Origin: Eledone cirrhosa
Lineage: Eukaryota
Assembly (NCBI GenBank): GCA_964016885.1
Contig: OZ024743.1
Span: 37,634,001-37,698,000 of the forward strand
Length of the DNA: 64,000 nt
Reading direction: 5' to 3'
Both the position numbers and the translations under genes were made by a program. The notes below the pieces were generated by a model. That model had not been told where the DNA came from and searched no databases. It was given only the letters and a program-made list of their open reading frames with translations. Of this stretch, positions 29,321-41,360 are shown piece by piece (within the stretch, counting starts at the first letter, position 1; each line of letters opens with the position of its first letter).

Positions 29321-29854
29321 CATATCTATCTATCTAACTGTTTCTCTGTCCGGATGTCTTTCTATCTAACAGTATATATACCTTCATACACACAGAAATG
29401 CAAATTTAAAACGGAAAGAACTAAAATATTTTAAAAGTATTCAATACAATCGAACTGGATGTATTTACTTTAATGAATTTATGTATTATTATAGGTCTAG
29501 TAATGTTTTTTCTCTCTAATAATTCTCTTGATGAGAAAGGAAGAGAGAAAATAGCACCCCAGTACTGGACCTGTAGTTTATTTATCAACCCCGAAAGGAT
29601 GGCATTCGTAGTTGGCGTTAGTGGGCTTTCAACGGGGACACAAGAATGATTACCACATAGAATTCTGGCCTATCAATTCGTATAAATAAATATCAATTAT
29701 AGATACAGCATTTAAAAGAGCTTAAAAATCTATTAGTTCTCAAACCTTATACCGATTAAATTGTAAAAATTACAGTATATGTATATATTCTAAACTCATT
29801 GTAACAGCTTAGCAACCATTGACTTTTATTTATATTTTAATAGGTTTCTGTAAA

Positions 29855-30102
29855 CCCTTTCATTGCCTGTATTTCTAAACGGAGGTACTGCCTATGATTT
29901 TCTAAGAAGCAAGAACGTTGAAGGATTTAGTAATATAACTTTCGCATTAATATGTTGGTGTTAGAAACACAACATTAAAATTTTGCGTAAAACTATAATG
30001 AAAGATTATAATGAAAAGTTGCAGTTGAAAACAAACACTTTAAAAGAAATAGTTTTCTATCAGAGAACAGGGTCAGTTTTAGGCAGTTTGGTATCAAAAG
30101 GG
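29855..30102. mobile_element. piggyBac-like MITE
   Basis: cccttt ... aaaggg ends flanked by the same 4-mer taaa (TTAA-like). Confidence 0.5.
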
Positions 30103-31406
30103 TAAAGAAACTTAGCATAATTTACATATTTGCAAATATTTTCTATATTTAGTCTTCTTACAAACCCTTTTATTTACGCTGTAGTTTCTGTGGAAACAGT
30201 TTTAAGTGTTTGCAACTCTTCATAAAGAAAGTTCTAATGAAAAAGTATCGATTAATTTAACTACAGATCCAAATCCTGCCCAAACAATTTCTATTGAAAT
30301 TTGCATTATAACAATAATATTTTATTTCTATTTTAAAATATATGTTTTTCCCTTTACTATAATATTATCCTAAATGTTTGAACTAAGATGAATGTGAAGT
30401 GTTTCCTCAAAGGATATATAAATATTACAATGTTTGTATCTGATTCCCTAAGTATAGCCTGGAATATTTAATCATTACATGTATACAATATAATGTCAGG
30501 CTACGAATTAGTTGAGTCGTTTTAACGTTGAATATATTGTTTTCCTTCATTTGCTATGGCTCTCCCAGTTCTAAACTTGTCGATGTCAACTATGAATAAA
30601 TAACTTCACTTTCTCTCTCTCTCTTTCTCTTTCACTGCATGAAATTGACTGCATTCAGGACTCAAGAGGGATGCGTTCCACTGTGATAGAATGCCCCAAA
30701 CACTCATTAGGTTTCGATGTTGTCCCTACAACACTATCAGGCGTTCAGGAACCCTTGGATAATTACGCATGTATATGCTAAGCCGTTTTATATTTCTAAA
30801 TATTTGTTTGCGTGTGTATCCCAACTTTTTTTTGAATTTTAATGCGGAAACAATTGATTGGAGCATCTTGCTAATGAGGTAATTTTAATCCTCATTAAGC
30901 AATATTTTGATTTTGTTATTTCTTTATTTCTTTATTATCTAGGTGCAGATGTTAGTTATGATTTTAACTTCCACAGAGATCAATTTCATCTTTATTATGC
31001 AAACATATTCAGGAATTGAATTGCCTTCATTCTTAAGCATTAAATTAAGTATACACTGGAGTAAATCACTGGTTAACTGTTACCTTTTTTTGTTTTCATT
31101 TCTAAAGATCGTAGGCTCAAACCACGTGTACATTAACTCTCGCACATCTTGTTACTATTTTTATGGGCGATTTCTTACTATTTTCTAGGTTACCAGTTTG
31201 ACTCTCATTGAGGCCGAATTTATCTTTATTATATGAACATAAGATATTCTATAATCTTTATACAGTTACCCATATCTTTATTATAACAAATATTGGAGAG
31301 TGAGTACGGTTTGGTAGGGAAGTAATCATGGTAGAGTTTAACCTTCGGATTCGGGTGTTTGGTGAGGGTTAGTAGACGGATTGGGACAATAACGGTCTTA
31401 TTTACG

Positions 31407-31477
<71 letters not shown>

Positions 31478-31539
31478 CAGTAATTAAGTCAAATATTTAA
31501 GACTTGGCTTCGTTTATTAAAGATGTACTGCTATATATA

Positions 31540-31575
31540 TTTCGGTACAGCCATCATTGGCTGTGACCTCTTCAG
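31540..31575 (-). ncRNA. Hammerhead ribozyme core (sister at 45055-45091)
   Basis: CTGAAGA ggtcacagcc aatgat ggctgtacc GAAA. Confidence 0.72.
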
Positions 31576-31699
31576 GCAGTTCGAATTGGTGTGGTAGAGA
31601 CAGGTACACATTTTGTTAGAGTGTTTTACTCCGTTAATACTCCGTCAATACACCGTCAATACTCCGTTAATACTCCGATATGGTTGTTATCTCCTCTGC

Positions 31700-32800
31700 A
31701 AGTCTTATCCATTTGACTTCAGCTCTTAAAAAGTTTGCTCAGAACTTTCCTGGTCTACCTGTCCCGCGACTTCTTTTCTTCCATTAGCATTTCCTGGCAT
31801 TTCTTCACCCATTACTGATCATCCATGCGCATTACATGTCTGTACAAAACCAGTTTTCACCCCTGCACACCACCTCGGATACCTCTTAAACCCGGTTTCC
31901 ATCTCAGTTCAACCAAGCTCTGCCTTTCTCTCACGTTTATATTGCAAATCCTACAAAGCATGGCTGCTTTATTTATTTCTAGTCTAAGCACATCTTTTGC
32001 AGCCATTGCACAAGTTTCATTACCACTCAACATCGCGCATCAGAAACAGGCGTCATACAGTCGGCCTTTTGTTGTCACCCGTGGGTGTAGTTCTCTAAAC
32101 CTCTTCTCTCCTATCCTTATTCTAGCTATCACGCTCTCAGGGCACTCTCCTCAGCTGCAAATTAAGTCAACTTGACACCAGAAGCTATTAACCTGCTATA
32201 TGAACCCTTTCTGTTACGAATACGTGTATATCACTGATGCGTTTTCATTTGATTACTCATGTGCGTCTACTACACGCAAGGCCTTCCTTTCCTGTTACTC
32301 TACCCGTTACCCCACTAGATCTTTTGTGTACCCAAGATTTACATTGTGTACACCGTATGGAGTTTATGCCTACTCCTTTCCCACACATTGAGCAAGGCTA
32401 CTTCCCTGAGGGAATCAGGGTCCTATCTTCTTTTCTAAAGCTAGCACTTTTGCTTAGAATATGCTTAACCTCAGACCATATAATTCCAAATTCCGTTTCC
32501 GTAGACAGAACTTACTTTCTAGTTCTTTTATAGATTCGGCTATAAGGACCAACTCATCTGCATAGAGATATTCCTATGGACAGCCAGGTTTAAACTCCTC
32601 TATTATAGCCTAGAGACGTATGATGAACAGTAATAAGCTAAGAAACTGTACCTTAAATTTCTCACTAAACTCCTTTTCTACTCTCACTTTAATGACATGT
32701 ACTCTGTACTTGGCTTCCACTGCTCTCACAAGCCAGCCTTTCTTCAACACCTAATTTTCTTAAAGACAAAAAACTGATAGCGTATGGTCTTCTAAATGTT
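31700..32800 (-). mobile_element. Decayed RTE-like LINE with PHD-like finger
   Basis: Minus strand LYADELVLIAES (~32540-32570); PCSMCGKGVGINSIRCTQCKSWVHKR (~32320-32397); GRP motif near 31760. Confidence 0.7.
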
Positions 32801-32971
32801 TTTAATTAAACATACAGTACATTGTCAAATATACAATACATATATATATATATTCATTAGTTAAGCAAAACAAGACCACAAATTTTCACAAGGAAGACAT
32901 TATTAAAAGATTGTCAACATATTTTAGTTTGATGTAAGGAATGTAGAGAATAATATTAATAATATTTATAA

Positions 32972-33157
32972 TAATTGTTTCTACTTTTGGCACAAGGCCA
33001 GCAATTACCCAGTGTATTACTGGTACTTTATTTTATCGACCCCGTAAGGATGAAAGGCAAAGTTAACTTCGGCGGGATTTGAACTCATAATGGCAAGGGC
33101 CGTAACTCTATGCGTCAAAGCATGGCGCCCAACCCCCTACCGATACTGCCAATCCAC
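32972..33157 (-). mobile_element. Full-length SINE inserted in a PLE pLTR
   Basis: Interrupts the (AAT)-rich tract that is uninterrupted in the sister pLTR at 36255-36285. Confidence 0.88.
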
Positions 33158-33729
33158 ATGTCCGTTTACAATTGTTTCGCTACTCCATATAATATTTCTG
33201 GATCAGATGACTATATATCATTATTGATCTTGTTCAGTTGAAAATAATTAACATATTTAAAAACAGAGCGGCTCATCGGAACTTCAAAGGAATATAAATT
33301 AAAATAAGGAGAGAATGTTACATAATGTAGCGTTCCATATATTGGTGTTTCACTATGGTGTCCTGGCTGTATCAGTTGTCAGCCATAATCAAGCAGTATT
33401 CATCTGTCGAGGCTGCATTGTGTGAGATCTACCTATGGGTAACAAGATGGCCGCCAAAGGACATATTTACCGTACTAATTAGAGGGTGGTTTCAGGGGAA
33501 GTAACTCCGCAAGAGATCAGAAATGGTGGGTAGTTTATAGTTAAGTGCTAATTTTTAAATATTTTAATTGAGAGACAATGTAGGGGAGGTAACTTATAAT
33601 TATCTAAGTTAGTTATAGCTATTTAACTTATTAGCTACAAGTGAAAATGGGGCTAGATGACTATGTTGGGTCAAATATTCTATTGGCGAAGTAATTAGCC
33701 ATTCGATGTTGACAGCTAATAGTTACACC

Positions 33730-36000
33730 GGTTCAATCGTTAATCGGTATAGGTCGTGATATAGTTATGTGATATGCTTCAGTAATACAGAGATCACAAT
33801 ATTTAAGGTTTTTAATGAGCCTAGCTAGAAATGTCGAACATCTGTTGCTAGGGTCTCGGAAGGAAAAAGAGTGTGCGTTATAGCGTACCTTAAAAGGGTT
33901 AGAGGTAGACTCGATATAAGAGCTGGTATTCGAAGCAGTTTTAACCGTGCACCTATAGACTATGTTGGGTGTCAGGCAGTGTCCATTTAATGGGCATGCA
34001 TTAGGGTAACGGCAGTTGCAGTTGCCTCTGCAGTTAGTGAGAGTAGGGTAGTTTAACTTAAGCGGTTGGTCAGTGCTAGAAGGAATAGATGGGGGAGGTG
34101 TGCTAGAGTAATTATTGGTGTAGTGTCATGGTGTATTTGATAGGGGTGGTGGTACCGCGATGTGGGAGCTATACTGTCTTAGTTTATGATGGTTACTGAA
34201 TGCGATGTAGCTAGCTAGGTCTATTCCTTCTAGGTCTATTCCTTCTAGGGGTCTATTCCTTCTAGGTCTATTCCTTCTAGGGGTTCTAGTGGAGTTGGTA
34301 GGGGCCTTCCTAGGGTTATTATTACCTGGGTATTTGTTATTTGTCATCCCATTTCTCATTCCTATTCTAGGGTTGATTTTTAGTTTGCTACTTGGAGGGG
34401 GGGGGGGGGGGGGGGGTAGACCGCTGCCACCATTAAACTTCCCTGTTTAGGTGCTGTTACTGCTAAAATTCCCGCGAATCTGGCTATATGCTAAGGTATT
34501 TCTAGTTCTAGTGTTAAGTTTATTATGGTGAATTGCTGTGTTATGGCATTTAGGTATGTAGTAAATGGATTGTTCATAACCAGATTCAGAGAGAGCCATA
34601 TTATAATATTGTGCATGGTTTATAAATATCTCCTCATTTGCTGATAGCATGGAGATCCTATATGAGATAGATTTGATTACTGCTCTGATGACTGCCAGTG
34701 GGTGGTTAGAGTGTGGGCTAATATATGTGAGTATTTCACCTGGTTTATGGTAAGGGTAATATAGGTTATTGTTGAGATCCAGGTTTACGTCTATGAAGTT
34801 TACTACTTTATGGTTCGGCTCGATAGTGATAGAGAGACCGTTATTTTTAAAGAATCTATGTAATTGTTATTTTAGCAAATCAATGCCCCGATTAGTGCAA
34901 TTGTGGACTGCAAATAGGGCGTCATCCCTGTATATTCCGCCTTGCAAGGGTTGGATTTCGGCTCTGATGTTATGTAATAGGTAAATTCCAACTAAATCGG
35001 TGATTTGCGCAGAGTCACTTGAGCCCATCGTGATGTCAAAGTTGTCTGTTCTAACTTTTCTAGTCCAGAGTGCTCCGTTGAATTCAATGATGGTCTGCCT
35101 AGCCATAAGTATGGTGTTAATCTCATTATTGGTTATGTCCGAGTTGGCTGGCAAGAGTTAATGCTTTGTTGAGCAGTTCCGAGGTTATTGAAGCGTAATA
35201 GCTGTCGATGTCAAATTGGATGAACCTCATAGATTGCTTGGACCTTAGATCGGAGAACCATCTAATGACTTGGCCGGTGTTGGACCACAATTTATAGGTT
35301 ATATCATCCCGTAGCCCAGGGATTATCCTATCAAGGATGTTCTTACAGATACGACCCAGGTCGGATGTGGTTGGGCTTATAAGTCTAATAGATGGGTTCT
35401 CTATTAAGTTTGGCTTATGATCCTTGAGAGAGAACCTTGTGGTTGTTGGTACATAAGGGTGGGTAAATCTATCCAGATGCAGGTCCTTAACCAAAGCCTG
35501 TGCTTTTCGGTTAAGTACGTTTACACTGGAGGGTATAGTTTTTTTAATAGTTTTTATTAAGTTCCTTCCGAAGGAAAGTGTTGTAAGTTTCAGGAGTCAT
35601 GGTGTATAGAGTTTTAGTTTTGTCAGACATAACATGTAAGAAGTGGGTATCTTTAAATTTTTTTTATAGTTGTTGCTAATTTAGTGAGGAAATTATTCTT
35701 GTGTCTATAATGCTTTTTGAATTTAATGCTCCTGACGAAGTTGAATAGATCTTTCTCAAACGGGTCCAGCATGATGTTCTTGCAGTTGGTAACTCCATAC
35801 CTATTTGCTGTGTTTCCGGCGTCAGCAGCACCCGCACGGTCAAAGTGGAAGGCTTTCCATCTTATTCTTCGGATGAAAGAGTTGACACTCTGTATTAGGA
35901 GTTTGAGGTATGTTTTCCTGTCCGCGATAGGTATGGACTTAAGTGAGATTCTGAGTTCCTGCTTACTCAACATGGTGACTTCTAACAGTAAATAGCTCAA
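33730..36000 (-). pseudogene. Naiad-like RT-GIY-YIG ORF, frameshifted
   Basis: ORF pieces 35653-36000, 35126-35494, 34867-35154 and 34447-34650, plus EN motifs at about 33730-34040. Confidence 0.85.
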
Positions 36001-36421
36001 CTATGGGAGCTCAAGTATACACAGTTCAAGAGTAACCAATCTTAAAGAGAGAGGAGAGATTGGTGAATTAGTTAGAAGCCAAAGCGTAAAAGCATGTGCT
36101 CAATGTGCAATATGAAGTAGAAAGCAGCTAGGTAGCTGGGTTCATGCAGAAGTTAGGTTTGCAGAGCTGGAAATATTCATTAGATAAGCAAAACAAGACC
36201 ACCATTATTAAAAGATTGTCAACATATTTTAGTTTGATGTAAGGAATATAGAGAATAATAATAATAATATTAATAATAATAATGTCCGTTTACAATTGTT
36301 TCGCTACTCCATATAATATTTCTGGATCAGATGACTATATATCATTATTGATCTGGTTCAGTTGAAAATAATTAACATATTTAAAAAAACAATCTCTTTA
36401 AGATTGGTTACTCTTGAACAG

Positions 36422-36509
<88 letters not shown>

Positions 36510-36985
36510 TAAACGGAATAGAAAATGCTGACAAATTGTTCACAGTTGAAAAATGGTTTAATTAGGAATAAAAGAGTATTAGTGATTGTATGGGTTAGTA
36601 TTCAGTTGTGGTTTTAAGTTTTTAAGTTTTTACCGGTTGCGCATTTCTAAATGCTTTTCAAAAATAATTTTGAGATAGAGTGTCCGTGCTGTTTGCTCTG
36701 ATCTGATTAGTTTTGGGAATTCTACCTGTTTTTATGTTAAAAAAATGGCTCCAGCGTTATTTTTGTGTTGCAAAAATGCTTGTGGTCAAAACAATTTTGA
36801 TTGGTCGGTAGAGGTCATGTGAATGTAAAAAGTTGATTTTGCGCCAAGACTGTTTTTATGTTAAAATGTTAGAAAAGTGGCTCCAGCAAAAATTATGGTC
36901 AAAACAATTTTGATTGGTCGGTAGAGGTCATGTGGATAAAAAATTGGTTTTGCGCCAAGATTGAGAAATGACTCTTTCACAACAA

Positions 36986-37041
<56 letters not shown>

Positions 37042-37085
37042 TAGTAGTAGTAAGGTGTTCGATGCTGCGACAATAGCCACCAGCG

Positions 37086-38397
37086 GATACAAACCCTCCG
37101 AAATCGGCGACAAACTCCAAAACCTTTGCGATACTATCCAAACTATGTTCACTACTACCAACCCAGGAAAAACCAACGAAGAACCATGTGAGATTGATTC
37201 ACACAAAATGAAAATTCGAACAATTCCAAAATGGAACAAATCCCTCAGAGACAGAAAGTTCTCATTCTGGAAGATGATACAAAATCACAACAAAGCAGAG
37301 ATATATGAAAAATGGCTTAACTCAACCCCTCTAACTCTCCCCCGTAAACTACAATTCCAAAATGGAACAAATCCCTCAGAGACAGAAAGTTCTCATTCTG
37401 GAAGATGATACAAAATCACAACAAAGCAGAGATATATCAAAAATGGCTTAACTCAACCCCTCTAACTCTCCCCCGTAAACTACAAATAAAGTCCATTCCA
37501 AATGAACCCGAACCTCAAAGACACCTTACGGAAAGAATGGCATTGGAAAAAATGAAGACAGAAATTGAACTTCTTAAACTGAGGGCCCAGACAAATGAGG
37601 AAAAAATCAAAACCATCGATGAAGAGATCCTCCTGGAAATCAACAACAAAACTGAAGGCCCCAAGGTAGAGAAGATCTCCAAATTATGGAAAGGGGACTG
37701 CAACAGAGAAGAACTGAAATCCCTTCAACGCTGGGAAAAAAGTGCCGCTTGGTTCCTACACTATGAATCGACTTTTCAAACGGATTACACCTCCAATAAC
37801 CCGTTCATAAAAATAGGAAAACCCATAACTGAACCGCACAACAACTTCTCAAACCCCCAAGCCTCAAACAAACGAAGAAGGAAGCATCACACCGAAGATG
37901 AACTTCCCAACCTCGCTACCATAAGAAGGAACAAAAACCCAAGAAATCATCTCCCCCAGAATGACATTTACAACTTTCCCCCTTCAAGGAGACACCATAC
38001 CAAATCACTCAACTACTACGCGGATTCCTCATCGTCAAACATAGGGAAAAGATACCACCGCCATGATAGATGCAACAACTTCCCCGCCTCAAGGGGACAG
38101 CAAGGTAATTACCATTTTCTCAACTCTCACTTCCACAATACACAACAAACCCACACCACACGATACAACCAACAACGTAGGCCACTTATAACACCACAAT
38201 ACAACATGGCACATAGAAACACACACCCATACTCGCAGTACAGGAACACCCCATTCAATCTACAACCACCAACCCGAACCACATTTTACAACAACAAGGA
38301 ATATAACAAACACAGGAGACCACTTAACATCAGCAGACAACCCCTCTACCCCAACCATTTTTTAGACACAGCACACAGATACAGGCAAACAAAATAA
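37086..38397 (+). CDS. PLE ORF1, coiled-coil plus basic N/Q/H-rich protein; 5'-truncated and broken by a 131-bp duplication
   Basis: The 330-aa ORF 37405-38397 is joined to upstream coding sequence if the duplication is removed. Heptad-like segment ERMALEKMKTEIELLKLRAQTNEEKIKTIDEEILLEI. Same A/C-rich strand bias as ORF2. Confidence 0.7.
37221..37484 (+). repeat. 131-bp tandem duplication inside ORF1
   Basis: caattccaaaatggaacaaatccc starts at 37221 and again at 37352; the copies are near-identical. Confidence 0.92.
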
Positions 38398-40682
38398 CAC
38401 AAGACAGGGAGGAGAAACCGATAGTAATAAAAATTATCAATCTTACTAGTGCAGAACCAACACCCAACCTTATCAACTTACTCTCCAAAGGTCTTAAATT
38501 CACACCGACCCCACTACGTCCTAACTACTATGAAATGAAGGAAGACATCACAGACTTCTGTAGAAAGTTACGACTTAGTGAACAACTATTCGACCAGTAC
38601 AATGAGGATGAATCATTAGCCAGAAATAGAAGCAATTACACCCCTTCAAAAGGTAGAAATAAAATCCTGGACGAATTCTGTGAACACATCACAAACTTCC
38701 CTTACCAACACTTGCACAGACAAAAACACAAGCCAAACCTCAACAAGAAAGAATGGGAAGAATTAAATAGATTAAAAACCGACAGAACCATTACAATTAA
38801 AGAGGCTGATAAAGGGAGTACAGTAGTCCTAATGGAGACAGAATTCTATATCAACTTAGCGCTCTCCACTTTGGAAAACGAAACATACTACGAAAAGGCT
38901 GAACACTACAATCAACAGAAAATTATGAGAAACCTAAAAACTCTAATCAACCAATACAAAGAAGGACTCACTAACAAGGAATTCAGCTTCATCACAGACT
39001 TCACAAGTAAATCCAGCCTTTTCTACGGTATCCCTAAAGTACATAAAAGCGAATCAATCAGTAAGGCATGCAAGGAAGCCACAGACATAGTCATCAATGT
39101 CCCCTCACCCAATGATCTCAAATTAAGACCTATAATAGCAGGCCCCGCTTGCGAAACGCACCGTCTTAGCAACTTCATTGATACCCTTCTCAAACCCTTC
39201 CTCAAGCACATCAAAAGCTATATAAAGGACGACCTAGATATGCTCAATCACCTCCCTAATATGCCACTTTCTGAACAAACCCTACTAGTGACGTTCGATG
39301 TAGTCAACCTATACTCCAACATCCCCCACAACCTAGGAATAGAAGCTATCCAATTCTGGCTGGATAACTTCCACAATGAACTCCCACAACGCATCAAAAA
39401 AGAATTCGTGATAGAGGGACTCAAATTTATCTTGGAGAACAATTACTTCGTTTTCAATAACAAACCCTACAGGCAGAAATCTGGGACCGCTATGGGAACG
39501 AAAACAGCCCCTACGTATGCCAACCTAGTCATGGGATACCTGGAAATCACCCTCTACACTAAAGTCCTAAACAAATTTGGAAACACCCTCCACTTACACA
39601 TTGAAAGGAACTGGAAGCGATATCTTGATGACTGCTTCATCCTTTGGCACGAAAACATCGAAAAACTTAAAGAATTTCACACCCTTATAAATGGGCTCAA
39701 CACAAATATTAACTTCACGATGGAATACAGCCATCAACAACTCCCCTTCCTCGACATCCTCATTAAGATCCATAACAAAAAAATAGAAACAGACATATAC
39801 TACAAACCCACAGACTCCAAGCAATACCTCCCCTTCAACTCTTGCCACCCTAGACACGTTAAAATTAATATTCCCTACAACTTAGCCAAGAGAATCTGTA
39901 CTATAGTCTCCAATAAAAACATCTGCTACTTACGGCTACAAGAACTAAAGGACACACTCATAGGCAGGGACTACCCTGCATCACTAATTGACAATGGAAT
40001 CCAACATGCCCTAAAACTCAGTACCCAGGACCTTAGACACCCTAAAGTAAATCAACCAAAACTAAAAGCTCTTCCATACATCTCCACACACAACCCCCTC
40101 AACAACGAGGCCTTTGACACCATCCTCCAGAACATCCCTGTATTGAAAAAGGACCATAGAATGAACCAAATTCTACGAACACACGATATCATAAAGAGCA
40201 AAAGACAATCCAAGTCAATGAAAAACATCTTAACACATGCCAAAGTACTGCCAACCACAACAACGAAACCCACAGTAAAAAAATGCGATAAACCCAACTG
40301 TGGCATTTGCATCAACCTAATAGAGGGTTCGGAATTCTATTTCAAAGATGGACAACGTTTTATAGTAAAACACAATTTCACATGTGCATCGGAAAATTTA
40401 ATATATGTATTAACTTGTTCAGGTTGTCGAGAACAATACATAGGCCAGACCAAAAACAGCCTCCGCCAACGCATGACTGTCCATAGATCCCAAATTAAAA
40501 TACGGGAATACAGGAAAATACCACTGAGTGAACACATTGATACCTGCGCCGCCCAAAATCATCCCAACTTCAGAATCTTTCCCCTCTACAAATTTAAAGA
40601 TAATGCCACCCACACCCAGCGCATCAGCAAGGAATCTTACTTCATTAACAAATACGGACCCCGTCTAAACACTTCTCCCTAA
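38328..40682 (+). CDS. PLE reverse transcriptase + GIY-YIG endonuclease (ORF2; frame open from 38328, first ATG 38535)
   Basis: N-terminal IINLT..LLSKGLKFTPTP lies upstream of the ATG. RT motifs: ADKG, FYGIPKVHK, LRPII, FDVVNLYSNI, GTAMG, RYLDD, LPFLD, YYKPT. Linker CDKPNCGIC, then LIYVLTCSGC..YIGQT..RMTVH (CCHH-type GIY-YIG). Confidence 0.93.
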   Translation, partial: HQQTTPLPQPFFRHSTQIQANKITQDREEKPIVIKIINLTSAEPTPNLINLLSKGLKFTPTPLRPNYYEMKEDITDFCRKLRLSEQLFDQYNEDESLARNRSNYTPSKGRNKILDEFCEHITNFPYQHLHRQKHKPNLNKKEWEELNRLKTDRTITIKEADKGSTVVLMETEFYINLALSTLENETYYEKAEHYNQQKIMRNLKTLINQYKEGLTNKEFSFITDFTSKSSLFYGIPKVHKSESISKACKEATDIVINVPSPNDLKLRPIIAGPACETHRLSNFIDTLLKPFLKHIKSYIKDDLDMLNHLPNMPLSEQTLLVTFDVVNLYSNIPHNLGIEAIQFWLDNFHNELPQRIKKEFVIEGLKFILENNYFVFNNKPYRQKSGTAMGTKTAPTYANLVMGYLEITLYTKVLNKFGNTLHLHIERNWKRYLDDCFILWHENIEKLKEFHTLINGLNTNINFTMEYSHQQLPFLDILIKIHNKKIETDIYYKPTDSKQYLPFNSCHPRHVKINIPYNLAKRICTIVSNKNICYLRLQELKDTLIGRDYPASLIDNGIQHALKLSTQDLRHPKVNQPKLKALPYISTHNPLNNEAFDTILQNIPVLKKDHRMNQILRTHDIIKSKRQSKSMKNILTHAKVLPTTTTKPTVKKCDKPNCGICINLIEGSEFYFKDGQRFIVKHNFTCASENLIYVLTCSGCREQYIGQTKNSLRQRMTVHRSQIKIREYRKIPLSEHIDTCAAQNHPNFRIFPLYKFKDNATHTQRISKESYFINKYGPRLNTSP

Positions 40683-40859
40683 GACGAACCCACAACATAC
40701 ACACGTCAGCATACATACCTACATCAGCACACATCTCTAACACATATAAACACAATGACACACGTAAACACACATGCTCTATGCTGCAATACAAAAAAAT
40801 ATGTGTGCATATATATGTATGTATATATGTATATATATATATGTGTATATGTAGTGAAA

Positions 40860-40908
<49 letters not shown>

Positions 40909-41202
40909 GTGAATATCATTTCACACCTTTTATTGTTAAGATTGTTGATGTTCTATTAAGAGAACCGATTTTACTGAAAAAATCGAATAATGTACACCAT
41001 TTTACCAGGGGGAAAAAAATACTGGTCCACCCACACACGCACACACACACACACACACATATATACACAAACACATACACACGCGTACATCAACATACAA
41101 AGAGACTTATATACACACACACACACACACACGCACTTCTCCGTATAAGACAAAAGCTGAAAAATATCTTTTGACCTTCGAATGACTCTGCTGTGTGTAT
41201 GT

Positions 41203-41258
<56 letters not shown>

Positions 41259-41329
41259 ATCTTAATAGCCATTTGACACACATCGCTGGTGGCTATTGTC
41301 GCAGCATCGAACACCTTACTACTACTACT

Positions 41330-41360
<31 letters not shown>

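Larger units (their letters stand above)
32851..36421 (-). mobile_element. Naiad-like PLE, full-length but decayed, with direct pLTRs
   Basis: Minus-strand fragments: SLKSIP..FIRRIRWKAFHF, SDKT, LKDHKPN..RLISP, QFDIDSYY, FDITMGSSD, GIYRDD, CNCRYPNACPLNGHC, IVYRC..YIES..FKVRYNAH, CDLC. Direct repeats at 32851-33263 (SINE-interrupted) and 36174-36386. A short inverted piece at 36390-36420 copies 36021-36050. Confidence 0.85.

Noticed and set aside
30900-31200. Possible host exons after pyrimidine-rich AG sites
   Set aside because: No recognisable protein similarity or consistent donor site; cannot be supported without transcripts.
33960-34040. Selenocysteine codons in Naiad-like zinc fingers (also ~8010-8060)
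   Set aside because: The Cys positions are ordinary TGC/TGT.
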